Counted from the first letter of the stretch, positions 49,640 through 60,197 are shown. The stretch is DNA of 64,000 bases from Sedimentisphaerales bacterium (GCA_040772485.1 JAXGYC010000007.1:160001-224000), one strand, 5' to 3'. Notes: generated from the sequence alone by a model not told the origin. A program made the numbers and translations.

Positions 49640-50944
49640 ATGAAAAAGCTCATGATGTCACTGTTGGCCCTCGTCGTGATCTCGGTTTCTCCGCTGCTGG
49701 CGCAGGAATACGAGCCGTTGCCCTCCGATCCCTATTTCGCCGCCTACAAGCTGCTCAAGGCGCCACCTGTTGAGGGGTTGGTGCTGCAGCGGGGCGACCG
49801 GCTGGCGATTTGCGGCGACTCGATCACAGAACAGAAAATGTACTCGCGGATCATGGAGACGTATCTGACGGTTTGCGTTCCGCAGCTTGACGTCACGGTC
49901 CGCCAGTTCGGCTGGAGCGGCGAGAAGGCTCCCGGCTTCCTGGCGCGGCTGGTCAACGACGTGCTCCGTTTCGATCCGACGATCGCGACGACCTGTTATG
50001 CGATGAACGACCACAACTACCAGCCCTACAAGGAAGAGTACGCGCAGGTCTATCGCGACGCGTCGCTGGCGACCATTCGCAGGTTCAAGGAGCGAGGCGT
50101 GCGCGTGATCCAGGGCTCGGCCGGCACGGTCGGCAAGATGCCGTCGTGGGTCCAGCGGGCCCAGGGCACGGTCGACGACCTGAACCGGAGCCTCTCGGAG
50201 TTCCGCAACGTTGACGTGCGGCTGGCCGAGCAGGAACAGGTGGGATTCGCCGATGTGTTCCTGCCGATGCTGGTCCAGGGATTCGAGGCCAAGCGCCGGT
50301 ATGGCGACGACTACATGATCTCGGGCAAGGATGGTGTGCATCCGGGATGGGCGGGTCACTTGGTAATGGCCTACGCCTTCCTTCGGGCGATGGGGCTCGA
50401 CGGGCAGATCGGGACCATCACGGTGGACATGGCAAATGGGCAGGCCACAGCTTCGGAGGGCCATCGCATCGCCTCTGCCGAAGCGGGTCGCGTGGAAGTC
50501 GAGAGCAGCCGCTATCCGTTCTGCGCGAGCGGTCCGGCGGACGACGATTCGAGCATCCGATCCGGTATGGCGCTGGTCCCGTTCAACGAGCATCTCAATC
50601 GGCTCATGCTGGTTGTGAAGAACGCCCCGGCCGGGGGCTGTCGCGTCACGTGGGGCGATGGGTCGAAGAGCTATACCGCCGCCCAACTACGGGGCGGTGT
50701 CAATCTGGCCGCTGATTTCGAGATCAACCCCTTTAGCGAGGCGTTCCATCGCGTGGATGAAGCGGTAGCTGCGAAACAGGCCTATGAGACTCGGCAGGTC
50801 AAGATGCTCTTCCACGGCCCGGAAGGCGCAGCCGATATGGATATGACCGTCGCACTGACGGAGAAGACCCGCGCGCCGCTGGCGGAAGCCGTCAAGGCCG
50901 CCTTCGTCCCGGTCCGCCACACGATTCGCATCGAGGCCCAGTGA
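49640..50944 (+). CDS. Secreted SGNH/GDSL hydrolase
   Basis: GDSIT, GWSGE, AMND, DGVHP blocks and a signal peptide. Confidence 0.9.
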   Translation: MKKLMMSLLALVVISVSPLLAQEYEPLPSDPYFAAYKLLKAPPVEGLVLQRGDRLAICGDSITEQKMYSRIMETYLTVCVPQLDVTVRQFGWSGEKAPGFLARLVNDVLRFDPTIATTCYAMNDHNYQPYKEEYAQVYRDASLATIRRFKERGVRVIQGSAGTVGKMPSWVQRAQGTVDDLNRSLSEFRNVDVRLAEQEQVGFADVFLPMLVQGFEAKRRYGDDYMISGKDGVHPGWAGHLVMAYAFLRAMGLDGQIGTITVDMANGQATASEGHRIASAEAGRVEVESSRYPFCASGPADDDSSIRSGMALVPFNEHLNRLMLVVKNAPAGGCRVTWGDGSKSYTAAQLRGGVNLAADFEINPFSEAFHRVDEAVAAKQAYETRQVKMLFHGPEGAADMDMTVALTEKTRAPLAEAVKAAFVPVRHTIRIEAQ

Positions 50945-50951
50945 GAGACCG

Positions 50952-51359
50952 TCAGAGTCCTATGAGGTGGATCTGATCGAGCAGGCCGCGGTACGCCGCC
51001 GCCATCAGGTACATGCTCAGGACCGTCACCGCCAGCACCAGTGCGGTGATCCCGATCTTGGTCATGGGCTTGTATCGGGGATGCCACCAGACCAGCGGAA
51101 GGGCCAGCGGTCCGGCGAACAACAACGCGAGGACTACGCTGCTCGTAGCATGATACCACTTGCCGCTCTTGGGCACAGGCATTGGCCGGCCTGAACCGTC
51201 GAGGAACTCGCCACAATGCCGGCACTTGATCGCCTCCCGCTGGATGTATTCGGCACAGAACGGGCATTTCTTCCTATCCGGCACGTGCGGGGTCGAGCGG
51301 TCGTCCGGACCCTGTACCAATGGTTCCGCTTCGCCATGCGTCAGTAGTTCAGTCGCCAT
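50952..51359 (-). CDS. Zinc-ribbon membrane protein
   Basis: CPFCAE...AIKCRHCGE followed by two hydrophobic helices. Confidence 0.8.
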   Translation of the reverse strand: MATELLTHGEAEPLVQGPDDRSTPHVPDRKKCPFCAEYIQREAIKCRHCGEFLDGSGRPMPVPKSGKWYHATSSVVLALLFAGPLALPLVWWHPRYKPMTKIGITALVLAVTVLSMYLMAAAYRGLLDQIHLIGL

Positions 51360-51494
51360 GATAGCCCTTATCGGCATATGGACCACGTTCCTTTAGAATG
51401 ATCCGCTGACGCGTGCGACGGGCGATTGTGGTCTCCGGCCGTTTGTGATACGGTTTCTACGAATGCTGTGGTGCTCGGCAAGCAGGAGAATCGC

Positions 51495-51929
51495 ATGGCG
51501 CGCGTCGTGGAAGGTGATATCGTCAGAGTGTATTGTGCGGGTCGCTTGACGGACGGCCGCGAATTCGAGATGGCGCCGGACGGCGGGACCATCGAATTCA
51601 TCGTCGGTCATGGCGATCTCCTGCCTGCCCTGGAGAAGGCCGTCATCGGCATGACCCCGGGCGAGTCCAGGACCGTGATCGTTCCCCGAGACAAAGCCTA
51701 TGGCCCCCGCCGCGAAGATCGGGTCGAGGTCATCCCCCGCAAGGATTTTCCCAAGGGCATCACGCCGAGGGTTGGCCAGCACATCCGCCTGCCCAGCGAC
51801 GAATACGAGGTCATCAACGCGACCATCATCAAGGTCTCGGACACCGAGATCGTCGTGGACGCCAACCACCCGCTGGCCGGACAGGATGTGCTCTTCCAGA
51901 TCACGCTCGAAGAAATCGTGACCTTGTAG
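51495..51929 (+). CDS. FKBP-type peptidyl-prolyl isomerase (SlyD/SlpA-like)
   Basis: GDIVRVY..GRLTDG, EKAVIGMTPGE, AYG, VDANHPLAG. RBS AGGAG. Confidence 0.92.
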   Translation: MARVVEGDIVRVYCAGRLTDGREFEMAPDGGTIEFIVGHGDLLPALEKAVIGMTPGESRTVIVPRDKAYGPRREDRVEVIPRKDFPKGITPRVGQHIRLPSDEYEVINATIIKVSDTEIVVDANHPLAGQDVLFQITLEEIVTL

Positions 51930-51959
51930 AACTTCCAGGCTCTCTCAGAGGAGACAACT

Positions 51960-53318
51960 ATGAACACACTCGACCGAGCCTTGACCACAATACTATGTCT
52001 GCTGGCGGCTTTGCCCTGCATGGGCAGCGAAGAGGTACTCGTGACTATGGAGGTCTTCCCCTGTGTCGCTCAGCACGTCCACGGCTCGACGATCGTCGAG
52101 CTTCCCAACGGCGATCTGCTTGCCGCATGGTTCCAGGGCTCGGGCGAACGGTGGGCCGACGACGTCGCCATCATGGGCTCACGGCTGAGACCCGGCGAGA
52201 CCCAGTGGAGCGAGCCATTCGTCATGGCCGACACGCCTGGGTTTCCCGACATCAACCCCATCCTGTTCACGGATGGTCAGAACCGCCTCTGGTTGATGTG
52301 GTACACCGTCATCGCCAACCAGTGGGAAACGTCCCTGCTGAAGTACCGCATCAGCGAGGATTGGACGCGTGGCGAGGGCCCGCCCCAATGGGCATGGCAA
52401 GACGTATTGCACGTCAAACCGGGCGACAAGGCCGAACGGGGCATTCAGCCCAATGACCGCTTCGTGCGGTCCGTCGAGCGGCAGGTCAAGGAGTACGCGG
52501 AATACGTCAGCGGTCAGACCATGAACCCGACCTCCACAGCGGCGACGGCAGCAGGCGCCCGGATCAGAGCCTGGAGCGATGATCTGCTGGCCAAGGCGCG
52601 AGGCCAGGACATGGTGCGCAAGGGGATCCTCGTCGACGACGCCGGCCGGGGAGTTGACCAGCCCCTCGGTTATCCCTATTTCCGGCGAATGGGCTGGCAG
52701 ACGAAGAACAAGGCGATCGTCCTGACCACGGGCCGGATCATCGTCCCGCTCTATTCCGACGGTTTCAGCTTCTCCCTTATGGCCCTGACAGACAACGGCG
52801 GGCGAACCTGGACGTTCAGCGAGCCCCTCGTCGGCGGCGGAAACATCCAGCCCAGCATCGCGACGCAGCCCGACGGGACACTGGCCGCGTACATGCGGGA
52901 CAACGGCCCTCCCCCGGCCCGCCTGCATGTCAGCCGCTCGGCCGATGCGGGAGCGACGTGGAGCTCCGTCCGCGACAGCGAGCTGCCCAACCCTGGTTCG
53001 GGCGCCGATGTCGTCACTCTGGCCAACGGACACTGGGTTCTGGCCTGCAACGATACCGAGGAGGGCCGGCACAGCCTCGCCGTCTCGCTGTCGGCCGACC
53101 AGGGCCGGACCTGGACCCACACTCGGCACCTGGAGCGGGACCTTCGGGGACCGGCTGCGACCCGGAGCCACTACCCGTCGATCATCCAGGGGCGAGACGG
53201 GGCCCTTCACGTGGTCTACAGCTACCATCGCAACGACCGGGGACAGGACCCAGCCAAAACCATCAAATATGCCAGATTCACCGAGAGCTGGCTCCGGGAA
53301 ACGAATGACCGGCCATAA
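51960..53318 (+). CDS. Secreted BNR/Asp-box exo-alpha-sialidase-like protein
   Basis: HGSTIVELPNGDLLAAWF, Asp boxes TDNGGRTW, SADAGATW and SADQGRTW, YPSIIQ. Confidence 0.88.
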   Translation: MNTLDRALTTILCLLAALPCMGSEEVLVTMEVFPCVAQHVHGSTIVELPNGDLLAAWFQGSGERWADDVAIMGSRLRPGETQWSEPFVMADTPGFPDINPILFTDGQNRLWLMWYTVIANQWETSLLKYRISEDWTRGEGPPQWAWQDVLHVKPGDKAERGIQPNDRFVRSVERQVKEYAEYVSGQTMNPTSTAATAAGARIRAWSDDLLAKARGQDMVRKGILVDDAGRGVDQPLGYPYFRRMGWQTKNKAIVLTTGRIIVPLYSDGFSFSLMALTDNGGRTWTFSEPLVGGGNIQPSIATQPDGTLAAYMRDNGPPPARLHVSRSADAGATWSSVRDSELPNPGSGADVVTLANGHWVLACNDTEEGRHSLAVSLSADQGRTWTHTRHLERDLRGPAATRSHYPSIIQGRDGALHVVYSYHRNDRGQDPAKTIKYARFTESWLRETNDRP

Positions 53319-53333
53319 CACGCATGAAGAACC

Positions 53334-53360
53334 GTAACGCCTTTTCTAAGAAGGCGTTAC
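53334..53360 (+). terminator. Hairpin after the sialidase gene
   Basis: GTAACGCCTT-N7-AAGGCGTTAC, a perfect 10-bp stem. Confidence 0.6.
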
Positions 53361-53760
53361 AGTAGTATCATCCGTCCGCACAGTCGATGCCTCCTTTGCC
53401 GCCACAGTGGATACCACCCATGTCAGCAACTTTTTTTTTACTTTTTTCCGGAAATGCATCCACAAGCGTTATCGGCAGACGCTTGGTATGTGAGTGAAAG
53501 GAACACGTCGAGGCATGCGGCCGTGGGAGGGAAGGAAGCACCGGGGGGTCTGTGCGCCCTGCAGCGAGGTGCGTACCGACCCCCTGTTTCATTGTTCCAG
53601 ACTGATTGAGCCGCAGACATCCAGCCAGCCGCACCTTTTGTCTTGCTTGTCCCGCAGAGATTGGGGATGATATGCAGGGGGTGGAGCGGGTGGGCATATC
53701 CGCAAAGCACTTGTGCGGCCGGCCAGTCTGCCATCGGTTGGCCTGCGTGAAAGGACAAGG

Positions 53761-54045
53761 ATGTCGGAGAAGATCAGACGCGGTCAGAGAATCCCCGTTC
53801 CGCTGCTCAGAGGCCAGCACAGACTCATCGTCGAGCATGCTCTTGCCAACGACCACCCGTTCACACAGGCCGTCCTGGCTGGCGGCAAGGGTGAGATCGA
53901 CGTGACCCTGGGGGAGCTGGAGGACCTGCTCGGATGTATCGTGGCTGCGGCGAATCACAGCCACGATGCGAGCCTGACATATGGACTGGATGCCCTCTAT
54001 GATCGGCTCGACGCGATTCTCTACTCCTACGAAGAAGTCGATTAG
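53761..54045 (+). CDS. Hypothetical protein (94 aa)
   Basis: ATG with upstream AAGGA, protein-like composition, helical TLGELEDLLG..AAANH..LDALYDRL segment. Confidence 0.65.
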   Translation: MSEKIRRGQRIPVPLLRGQHRLIVEHALANDHPFTQAVLAGGKGEIDVTLGELEDLLGCIVAAANHSHDASLTYGLDALYDRLDAILYSYEEVD

Positions 54046-54417
54046 GGCGTTGGCGCCATCGAGCAGTGCCGGAACTCGTCGCCTTTTCTGAAAAAATCGC
54101 AAAATCGCATCCACATCACCCTGTCAGCGAACGCCTTCGGCACGGACGGAGAAAGGATGTACACCCAAGCGGCTGCGCGGGGCACCCAGGCGCAAGGAGA
54201 CCGGCACGCGTTGCGGACGACCGCAGATCGTGCCGGTCGCCTGTTTTTGGGCACGACAGCCCCCGAGCCAGCCCCTCGTCGAGCCTCCCACCGCGGGTGG
54301 CACCTCCCCTGGGCCTGCCACCCTTTGCCCTTGAACCTGCGCCAAATCCAGGCGACAATACGGAGACGGAATCAGGCCGCTGCGTCCCGGCTGAATAACT
54401 CGACATAAGGAGCGACT

Positions 54418-54708
54418 ATGGCGATCCAGTTCAAGGAGTTCACCCGACCGGCGTTCTCCGGAGACGCCGACGAGCTGAAGAAGAAGGTCGTCAAGTACTG
54501 CAACAGCCAGCTCAAGTGCTTCCGGATCATCTCTATCTCGGAGGCCAAGGGCATCTCGGACGACTTCTATCGCATCACGGTCTGGTACGACGACGAGGCC
54601 GAGAAATTCGAGCACCTTCTCTCTGCCTCGGCAGCCCAGAATGCGGACAAAGGATCATCTTCCCCTGCGACGGAGGACGAAGATCCTCCAGACAGTTCTC
54701 TAAGGTAG
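54418..54708 (+). CDS. Hypothetical protein (96 aa)
   Basis: RBS TAAGGAG, strong GC3 codon bias, ITVWY motif, acidic tail. Confidence 0.7.
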   Translation: MAIQFKEFTRPAFSGDADELKKKVVKYCNSQLKCFRIISISEAKGISDDFYRITVWYDDEAEKFEHLLSASAAQNADKGSSSPATEDEDPPDSSLR

Positions 54709-56880
54709 CGCTCCTACCGGGATCCCGTTGTTCTGGAGCTGGCGGGCGGGGCTGTCGGGCGCCAGACGGTAGTCCCTGGCGGCGGCATCGACGAAGTCCG
54801 GCTCGATCAGTAGAGCATGTGTCGAGAATCCTCGCGCCCGCTGGTGATCGGCAAATTCGGCAACTCCAACGGAGGTCCGCCCCCATAGGAGCAGCGGCAA
54901 GCCATCCGGCTGAAACCAGCAGTTCGCATCCATGGTCAGCGCCGCGGTCCAATCGCGGCCGGCCAGACGCAGGCAACTGTCGGTGGCATTAGAGAAGATG
55001 TTGTAGCAGACGACAAAGTCGGATGTCGCGGCGCTGTTGTCGTAGAACATCAGGTGCCGCCCGTTGCGATCGGGCCGCTGGGCGTGCCCCCAGCCATAGC
55101 CGGCATCGACGCAGGTGTTGTGCTCGAAGCGGATGCTGTGCGTGCGGCTGGACTCGTCCCGATTCCAGTACTCGAACGAGTACTCGCAGTTCCAGATCAC
55201 GTTGCGGCGATAGGTGATGTTCTCCTGGACATTGGTCCCACTGCCCTGGTTGGTCAGGGCGGCGTCGTAGATTTCCCACAGGCGGCAGTCTTCCACCAGA
55301 CAGTCGCCGGCGCTGGACCAGAATTCGATCCCGTTGCCGTACCGCACAGGCCGGCCGTCGGCGGTGGTGTGCTGATGCCCGCCGCCGATGTAGGACAGGT
55401 CGCAGCGACGCACGATGATGTGCCGGACGCCGGACCCGCCGATGCCGTGGGCGGCCCCATACCGCAGGTCGAGGTCTTCATAGGTGACGTACCGCTTGCC
55501 GCTCTGGTCGACGATGTGTTTCCGCAGGGCCAGTTCGATGCTGCGATGAAAACTCGCCGGATTGCCGTCCGAGCGGAGCAGTACGCACTTTCCATTGGAG
55601 TCATAGAAGTAATCCCATGGCTTTTGAAGCTCGGCCCGGCTCCATTTCTTGACACCGACTGCTGCACCGTGGTCGAAGATGATGTTGCCAACATCGACTG
55701 CCAGAAGCCCCTGCGAATCGGTCGTGGTCCAGATGCCGTCCGCAAGGAGGCTCCAGTCCGCAGCCGCATCCACAGCCATCGATCCAAGCAGCGAGGGCTT
55801 CTCGCCCATGCCGAACGCGCCGTATGTGATGGGAAGGCCGGGGGCGCCGCTCTGGGGAACGAGTTGGCCCCGCCAGAGCCCACCGCGTCTGAAGAGAACC
55901 GTGTCGCCTGGCTTCAGGGACGCCTGATTGACCTTCTCCAGGGATCGCCAAGCGGCCACTCGGCTTCGACCGTCCCGATCGTCATCTCCATGCACATCAT
56001 CGACGTAATAGGCTCGTGACGACCGTCCGGTCATGACAAAGGCCAGGATCGCACGAGCAACGACGTCGTCCGGCTCTGAAATCCGACTGACGATGGTCCC
56101 GTGGTCGCGGCCTTCGACTTCGAGGTATTCGATCCGTTCGTGGCCGGCCGCCTTCATCGCCGCGACAAACAGCCGATTCTCCTCGGCCCGCGCCGGCAGG
56201 TCCTCGCTGCCGCAGATACACACCGCAGGCGGCGCATCAGCGCGGACGTGATACAGCGGTGCCGCTTCATCGACGATCTGACGCGTGCGTCCGATTCGGC
56301 GCTCCGCGCGGACGGCTGAATGTGTAACCATCTGCCCGCTGACGGGGATCAGGCCCGCGACGACATCCGAACTCAGGCCGTATCGACCGAGATACCGCCC
56401 GTCCAGGCCGATCATTGCGGTCAGGTAGCCTCCGGCCGAATGGCCGCAGACGTAGATCCGCTTTGCATCGCCGCCGTGCGCGCCGATGTTCCGATGCAAC
56501 CACGCCAGGCTGGCGGCCGCATCGTCCAGATAGGCCGGGAACGCCGCCCCTGGCGAAAGGCGATAGTTGGCCAAGGCCACGGCCACCCCCTGCCCGGCGA
56601 ACCATTTTGCGATCCCGACGGTCATCGGATCGGACTTGCTGCCCTCCGTGATCCCGCCGCCGTGGAACCACAACAGCGTCGCAAAACCCTTCTCGCCTTC
56701 GGGCAGGTACAGATCGAGCTTGCACCGCTCCATCTCATAGGCCGTCAACCCATCGCCGCTCTTGTAGGCGATGTCCGCGACGACGGAGATCGGCTGTGCA
56801 TTCGCTGCGGCGACGCCCGCCTGACTGACCAGCCAGACGAGCCACGCCAAGCCAACCGTCCATCTTGGCAACCGTGTCAT
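54700..56880 (-). CDS. Secreted alpha/beta-hydrolase fused to right-handed beta-helix domain
   Basis: LDLYLP, FHGGG, NYRLSP, GHSAGG, then YYVDDVHGDD..AWRSLEKVN..LKPGDTVLFRRG and beta-helix repeats ending DYRLAPDSPA. Confidence 0.85.
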   Translation of the reverse strand: MTRLPRWTVGLAWLVWLVSQAGVAAANAQPISVVADIAYKSGDGLTAYEMERCKLDLYLPEGEKGFATLLWFHGGGITEGSKSDPMTVGIAKWFAGQGVAVALANYRLSPGAAFPAYLDDAAASLAWLHRNIGAHGGDAKRIYVCGHSAGGYLTAMIGLDGRYLGRYGLSSDVVAGLIPVSGQMVTHSAVRAERRIGRTRQIVDEAAPLYHVRADAPPAVCICGSEDLPARAEENRLFVAAMKAAGHERIEYLEVEGRDHGTIVSRISEPDDVVARAILAFVMTGRSSRAYYVDDVHGDDDRDGRSRVAAWRSLEKVNQASLKPGDTVLFRRGGLWRGQLVPQSGAPGLPITYGAFGMGEKPSLLGSMAVDAAADWSLLADGIWTTTDSQGLLAVDVGNIIFDHGAAVGVKKWSRAELQKPWDYFYDSNGKCVLLRSDGNPASFHRSIELALRKHIVDQSGKRYVTYEDLDLRYGAAHGIGGSGVRHIIVRRCDLSYIGGGHQHTTADGRPVRYGNGIEFWSSAGDCLVEDCRLWEIYDAALTNQGSGTNVQENITYRRNVIWNCEYSFEYWNRDESSRTHSIRFEHNTCVDAGYGWGHAQRPDRNGRHLMFYDNSAATSDFVVCYNIFSNATDSCLRLAGRDWTAALTMDANCWFQPDGLPLLLWGRTSVGVAEFADHQRARGFSTHALLIEPDFVDAAARDYRLAPDSPARQLQNNGIPVGALP

Positions 56881-56902
56881 CCTCAGTGCTCCCAATGATG
56901 TC

Positions 56903-58879
56903 TCAACGAGCGGGCCTGTAGATTCGAGCGACCCAGCCGCCGCCAGGCGCCAGATCGATCTTCATCATTGTATCGGCCGTGACATTCCGCTTTTCTTTCT
57001 TGTAGTCGATGGCCCGAGTGGCCGCGTTGGCTCCGTCGCGGAGGAACTCCATTTCATATGAACCGGCGTCGAGGAAGTCGAATCGCAGATCGAACTGCCG
57101 AGGCTCCCAGTCCGTGATCGCGCCGACAAACCACGTGTCGCCCCTCCGGCGGGCCAGCACGACGTAGTCGCCCACTTGGGCCTCCAGCACGCGCGTCTGG
57201 TCCCACTCGACGGGAATCTGCGCGATGAACTCGGTGCACTCGCGCTCGCGGTAGTAGTCCGACGGCGCATCGGGCAACATCTGCATGGGGCTTTCCAGGA
57301 TGACGAACAGCGCAATGTCGTGGGCGCGGGTGCCCAGGCCCATCGGCCGGTCCCCCACCGGCCGGAACTCGTGCTTCTGGGCGTTGTTCATCGTGCCGGG
57401 GATGTAGTCCATCGGCCCGGCGACCATGCGAAGGAACGGCAGCAACGCGTGATGCTCCGGGTTGGCCTGGTCGCTCCAGCCATTCTGCTCAACCTCGATC
57501 AGTCCCTCGCGCGTCAGGACGTTGGGGTAGGCCCGTCGCAGTCCCGCCGGCTTGTACGCGCCGTGGAAGTCGACGACCATGTGCCGTTTGGCGGCTTCCT
57601 TCGCGATCCTGTGGTAGAAATTGACCATCTTCTGGTCGTCGCGATTCATAAAGTCGATTTTGATGCCCCGGATACCCCACTTGGCAAACTGATCGAGCGC
57701 CTGCTCGCACTGGCGGTCCAGGGTCGCCCAGATCACCCACAGCATGACGCCCACGTTCTTCTGCCTGGCATAGGCACAGACCGCCTCCATGTCCAGATCC
57801 GGGTGAATCTTGAACAAGTCGGCCCCGTCGGACCAGCCGTCATCAAAGAGGAAGTGCTCGAATCCAAACTCAGAGGCGAAGTCGATGAAGTGCTTGGCGG
57901 TGGCGGTGTTGATACCCGCTTTGAAATCGACGCCGTAGATGTTCCGCCGGCCCCACCAGTCGAACGTGACCACTCCCGGCTTGATCCACGAGACATCATC
58001 CAGAGCCAAAGGCGGCGCCAGCAGATAGACCATCTGATTGGCGATCAGATCGCCGTCGTTTCGCGCGACAGCGATGATCCGCCAGGGATAGGTTCGCGTG
58101 CCCTCAGTCTTGGCGATGTAGTCAGCATGCTTGGCCACTCGGCCGCGCACATACGCGTTGCCTTCATACGATTCTTCGAGCGGATAGCCCGCAAATGCTG
58201 TTTCCAGGGAGGTCTCGCCCGTGCCCCGCAGCCACATGCCCGGATAGTCCCGCAGGTCCGACTCGGTGATGAGCACCCTGGGCCGGCCCGTTTGCGTCAC
58301 AAGCAATGGCAGGCAGCACAGGTCCTCCGCCTTCAAATCGCCGATTGCCTGCTCGCTGTAGGGCTCCTCATAGGCGGAGCGGAAGCTCTTCTCCTTCTGG
58401 CAGATCACCGACGCCGTGTCGGCAAACTGAAAACTCGCCCGCTCGGACGCAACAACCACCTCGCCTGGAAGAGATGTCGAGAAGCGATAGGCGACGCCGT
58501 TGTCGTATGCCCTGAACGCCAAGGCAAAGCCCCCTTCGAAGGTCAGCGTCAGCTCGTTGCAGCGATCCTGTATCACCGCGTTCTTCTCGCGAATCTCCGG
58601 ACGGACCTCTTGTACGATCGTTCTGCGATCCACGCGCGTGACAGGTGAACCAGCGCCAAAGACGACGCCATCCGTCACGGTCAGAGCCAGTCCTGTGACA
58701 TCGGTCACTGTCCCGCCGTCGACGAGCACCGAGAAATCGATCCGCTCGCCCGCGTCCACGCGGACGCCCACCATCCCATCGGGAGATCGCAGATCGTATC
58801 GTTCACAGAGCCCCACGCTCACGTTCACAAGCAAGACCACAGCGGCAAGCGCCGCCGAACCGGTCATCTCCTCATCCAT
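56903..58879 (-). CDS. Glycoside hydrolase family 97 (alpha-glucosidase/galactosidase)
   Basis: LRSPDG, FRAYDNGVAYRF, SWIKPG, GIKIDFM, DFHG, GPMDYIPG, WDQTR. Confidence 0.93.
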   Translation of the reverse strand: MDEEMTGSAALAAVVLLVNVSVGLCERYDLRSPDGMVGVRVDAGERIDFSVLVDGGTVTDVTGLALTVTDGVVFGAGSPVTRVDRRTIVQEVRPEIREKNAVIQDRCNELTLTFEGGFALAFRAYDNGVAYRFSTSLPGEVVVASERASFQFADTASVICQKEKSFRSAYEEPYSEQAIGDLKAEDLCCLPLLVTQTGRPRVLITESDLRDYPGMWLRGTGETSLETAFAGYPLEESYEGNAYVRGRVAKHADYIAKTEGTRTYPWRIIAVARNDGDLIANQMVYLLAPPLALDDVSWIKPGVVTFDWWGRRNIYGVDFKAGINTATAKHFIDFASEFGFEHFLFDDGWSDGADLFKIHPDLDMEAVCAYARQKNVGVMLWVIWATLDRQCEQALDQFAKWGIRGIKIDFMNRDDQKMVNFYHRIAKEAAKRHMVVDFHGAYKPAGLRRAYPNVLTREGLIEVEQNGWSDQANPEHHALLPFLRMVAGPMDYIPGTMNNAQKHEFRPVGDRPMGLGTRAHDIALFVILESPMQMLPDAPSDYYRERECTEFIAQIPVEWDQTRVLEAQVGDYVVLARRRGDTWFVGAITDWEPRQFDLRFDFLDAGSYEMEFLRDGANAATRAIDYKKEKRNVTADTMMKIDLAPGGGWVARIYRPAR

Positions 58880-58913
58880 CACAGCAGTCTCCTTCCCATG
58901 CATTCCGCCGGCT

Positions 58914-60197
58914 TCATCGAGCCGATTCGATGCGGTAGAGGTGGGTCTTCGTTCGCAGCAACAGCGCCTTGCCGACGACGGCGGGCGAGGCCATGCAGCC
59001 AGAATCGAGTGTGTTCGTCGCGACAATCTCGAACTGTCGCGCAGCCTTGAAGACGGTCGATGTGCCGCTCTGGTTGAAGCAATAGATGTTGCCGTCGGCA
59101 TAGAGCAGCGATGCGGCATAGTCGCCTCGGATGCGGTCCTTCCACACCTGCTCGCCCGTCGCCGCGTCCACGCAGACGACGATCCCCGTATCGTTGATGG
59201 TGAAGAGCAGATCACCGATCAGGACGGGCGAGGGCGTTCGGGGCACCGTCCGAGCAGTCTTCCACAGCACGTGGCTGTCGGTGACGTCGCCTGAGCCGTC
59301 GACGCGAATGGCCATCAGCTCGGTCTGGCCGAACCCGCTGATCATGTAAGCGACGCCGTCCCGGTAGATGGGGGCCGCGGCGCCGGAGAACGCAGGCGTA
59401 CGAACCTTCCACAACTCGCGGCCGGTCGTTGGGTCGTAGCCGTAGACTGCCTTGGCGCCGACGCTGAGCATCTGTGCGGCGCCGTTAGCCTGGACGACCA
59501 GCGGGGTCGAGTACGCCTTGCGCAGGTCGCCTTCGTCTCTCGGCTTGCCCTCGGCGTCCAGGTCGTCCCAGTCGGCGGTGCGGTCGGTCTTCCAGACGGT
59601 ACGGCCGCTGGCCTTGTCCAGAGCGACGAGATATTGCACGTCGACGCCGTCCATGGTCAGGATCAGCAGATTCTCGAACAGGATGGGCGACGAGCCCGGC
59701 CCGCGATAATGCCGACAGGGCAAGTCGTCCCGCTTCCACAGCGTTTTGAAGGTGCCCGTGTCCAGACACGCAGTCCCATAGCTTCCAAAGTGCGCGTAGA
59801 CGCGGCCCGGCTCGACGACGGGCGTGGGCGAGGCGTAGCTATTGAGCGGATTGCCCAGCGGCTCCGGATGATCGGCGTGGAAGAGCCGCTCGCTGAAACG
59901 AACCGCGCCCGAGCTGGCGTCGACGCAGAGCGCGTAGAAATCGTGTCCATCCGCGGTGGCGCTGGTCAGCCAGACCTGTCCGTTCATCACCACCGGACTC
60001 GACCAGCCGATGTGCGGGATGGGCGTCTTCCACGCGATGTTCTCGTCCTCGCTCCAGTGCACCGGCAGGCCCAGCCGCACATCGCTGCCGGGCCGGGTCG
60101 CCAGGCCGTCGCCGGAGGGCCCGCGAAAGCGGGGCCAGTCGGCCTGCGCCGGTGCGGCCATCGTGAACAGAATCACAGCCATCCGGTATCTACACAT
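58914..60197 (-). CDS. PQQ-like (BamB-type) beta-propeller repeat protein
   Basis: ADWPRFRGP, WKTPIP..GWSSPV, YASPTP, SSPIL repeats. Start uncertain. Confidence 0.88.
   Translation of the reverse strand: MCRYRMAVILFTMAAPAQADWPRFRGPSGDGLATRPGSDVRLGLPVHWSEDENIAWKTPIPHIGWSSPVVMNGQVWLTSATADGHDFYALCVDASSGAVRFSERLFHADHPEPLGNPLNSYASPTPVVEPGRVYAHFGSYGTACLDTGTFKTLWKRDDLPCRHYRGPGSSPILFENLLILTMDGVDVQYLVALDKASGRTVWKTDRTADWDDLDAEGKPRDEGDLRKAYSTPLVVQANGAAQMLSVGAKAVYGYDPTTGRELWKVRTPAFSGAAAPIYRDGVAYMISGFGQTELMAIRVDGSGDVTDSHVLWKTARTVPRTPSPVLIGDLLFTINDTGIVVCVDAATGEQVWKDRIRGDYAASLLYADGNIYCFNQSGTSTVFKAARQFEIVATNTLDSGCMASPAVVGKALLLRTKTHLYRIESAR

Noticed and set aside
58880..59215. N-terminal extension of the GH97 ORF
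   Set aside because: It overlaps the PQQ-repeat gene; the RBS and signal-like segment support a start near 58879.
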